Under the pieces are notes generated by a model. The model did no database searches, was not told where the DNA came from, and saw only the letters and a program-made list of their open reading frames with translations. The translations under genes were made by a program, and so were the position numbers. This document shows, in pieces, positions 62,666 through 64,000 of a stretch of 64,000 bases of DNA. Position 1 is the stretch's first letter; the number at the start of each line of letters is the position of its first letter. Source of the stretch: Chiloscyllium plagiosum (taxonomy: Eukaryota); assembly GCF_004010195.1 (NCBI RefSeq), contig NC_057746.1, positions 26,556,070 through 26,620,069 of the forward strand, read 5' to 3'.

Positions 62666-63404
62666 AGTAGTGTGCAATACGTTTTAGTCCTGTCAGTCAT
62701 GCTCACGTTCTGCCAGTCAACGAATTACAAATATGGCCTGAATATTAAGATGGGATTGAAAGGTAGATGGTTGGCTTCTGTGTAAATGTAATCATGATTC
62801 ATGCTAGTAAAATGAATGTCAGAATGGGATGAACCTGGTTTAGCGTGTACATCGGTCAAGAAATCAGGAAGTAGTGCTTATCATTGAGATGCATTTTTTG
62901 GGGGTGTGGGGAAAAGAGCAGAAACTAATGAGGGGCCAAGCTTCAGGGAATGATAGAGACAACACTGTGATAATACGGTGTTATAGGCAAAGGAATGTTG
63001 TCGGCAATTAGGCAGCTGAAGAGATGTCCCTTATCTTTCAGAGAAATAGATTCACCTGTTTTTCTTACAGAAGCGAGAGTCAGTGGTGGGAAAGATTGTT
63101 CAAATTGGTATGGAAAAAGAGATTATAGTGATTATTTATTTCTACAATGCTCCTATTGTGTAGCTCATTTCTAAAAAAGGAAAGCAGACTCTTTGAGAGT
63201 TTAATGGGGTATCTCGAAGTAATTAGGCAACCCATTTATGTTCTGCATATTGGATCATATTTAATCTAAAGAAGTGACTATGGGCACCATGTGAAGTTAA
63301 TACTATCCAATTATAAACATTTCCACAAAACCAATTCATTGCAGAACCGAAACTTCCTGGTTCCAGAAAAATAATATCCCTTAGCTCTTGGTGTTCTCTC
63401 CAGA

Positions 63405-63942
63405 GGTACAGAGGCAGGAGGCGTGGAATGAAGTGGGGCGACCAGCAGGCTGAAGACCTTGGTGGAGTGGGGATAGCCAGTGGGCTGGAGTTCATGTCGA
63501 GTGGGGATGGCCAACAGGCTGGAGGCCCAGGGCAGAGCAGGAGCAGGACCAGGCAGCGACTGGAGGTGAGCAGAGTGGGAACGGCCAGGGGGCTGCAGGC
63601 CTGAGTAGAGAGGTTGGTTGTTGGACTGGGGACTGGTGTGGGTTAATGACTTGAGAGAGCCCGGGCAGACCCTTTATGGAAGCCCTCTGCACTCACCTAC
63701 TGAAAGATTGTAATGCTTATCTTTTTAATTTTATTCTAATTTTTCTAACCTACTATGAACAACTGTAAGCAATGCAACTTTTTGCTGTCTTTTTGCCTTT
63801 ATTTCTATTTTTTGTATCTGAGATCTATACCTAGGTACTTTATACCTAAGATGGTGCCATGTGAAGTTACACTGTAAATATTTCACTGTACCCCTGTACT
63901 TCCATACTTAAGTACATCTGACAATAAAGGATATTCTATTCA
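63405..63942 (+). mobile_element. Non-autonomous element with a Rex1-like 3' tail
   Basis: 3' end (tttcactgtac..taagtacatctgacaataaa) resembles the Rex1 tail at 18655-18690. Confidence 0.45.
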
Positions 63943-64000
63943 AGGTAAATTTTCCCCTATCTGCTTGACCATCACTACAAAATTAAAAAGTCATGATAGC

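Overview
Repeat-rich vertebrate genomic DNA. The HE1-type V-SINEs and CR1, Penelope, Tx1 and Rex1 relics point to a shark or other elasmobranch. Gene content indicates the MHC class III region. (1) The last three coding exons of AIF1 (+; 2931-2972, 5010-5172, 8662-8746). (2) An apparently intact 7-exon, 240-aa NCR3/NKp30-like receptor (+; 28961-43389). It has one germline-joined, compact VJ-type Ig domain, an extra domain Cys plus a stalk Cys, an uncharged TM, and a ~80-aa tail with a KRKKKRKPK stretch and a terminal YVHV motif. (3) Several decayed Ig-receptor gene fragments invisible to the ORF track: three apparently paralogous CD28/CTLA-4-like V pseudo-exons (~26.7, 45.3, 59.7 kb), two orphan leader exons, and an inverted pair of stalk/TM relics, one with a Lys-bearing activating-type TM. 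Penelope-derived palindromes carry minimal hammerhead ribozyme motifs. A 3'-truncated CR1 inside the receptor gene is flanked by a ~0.69 kb direct duplication. Most ORF-track entries are repeat-derived or spurious. All alignments were made by eye and the pseudogene calls need computational confirmation.
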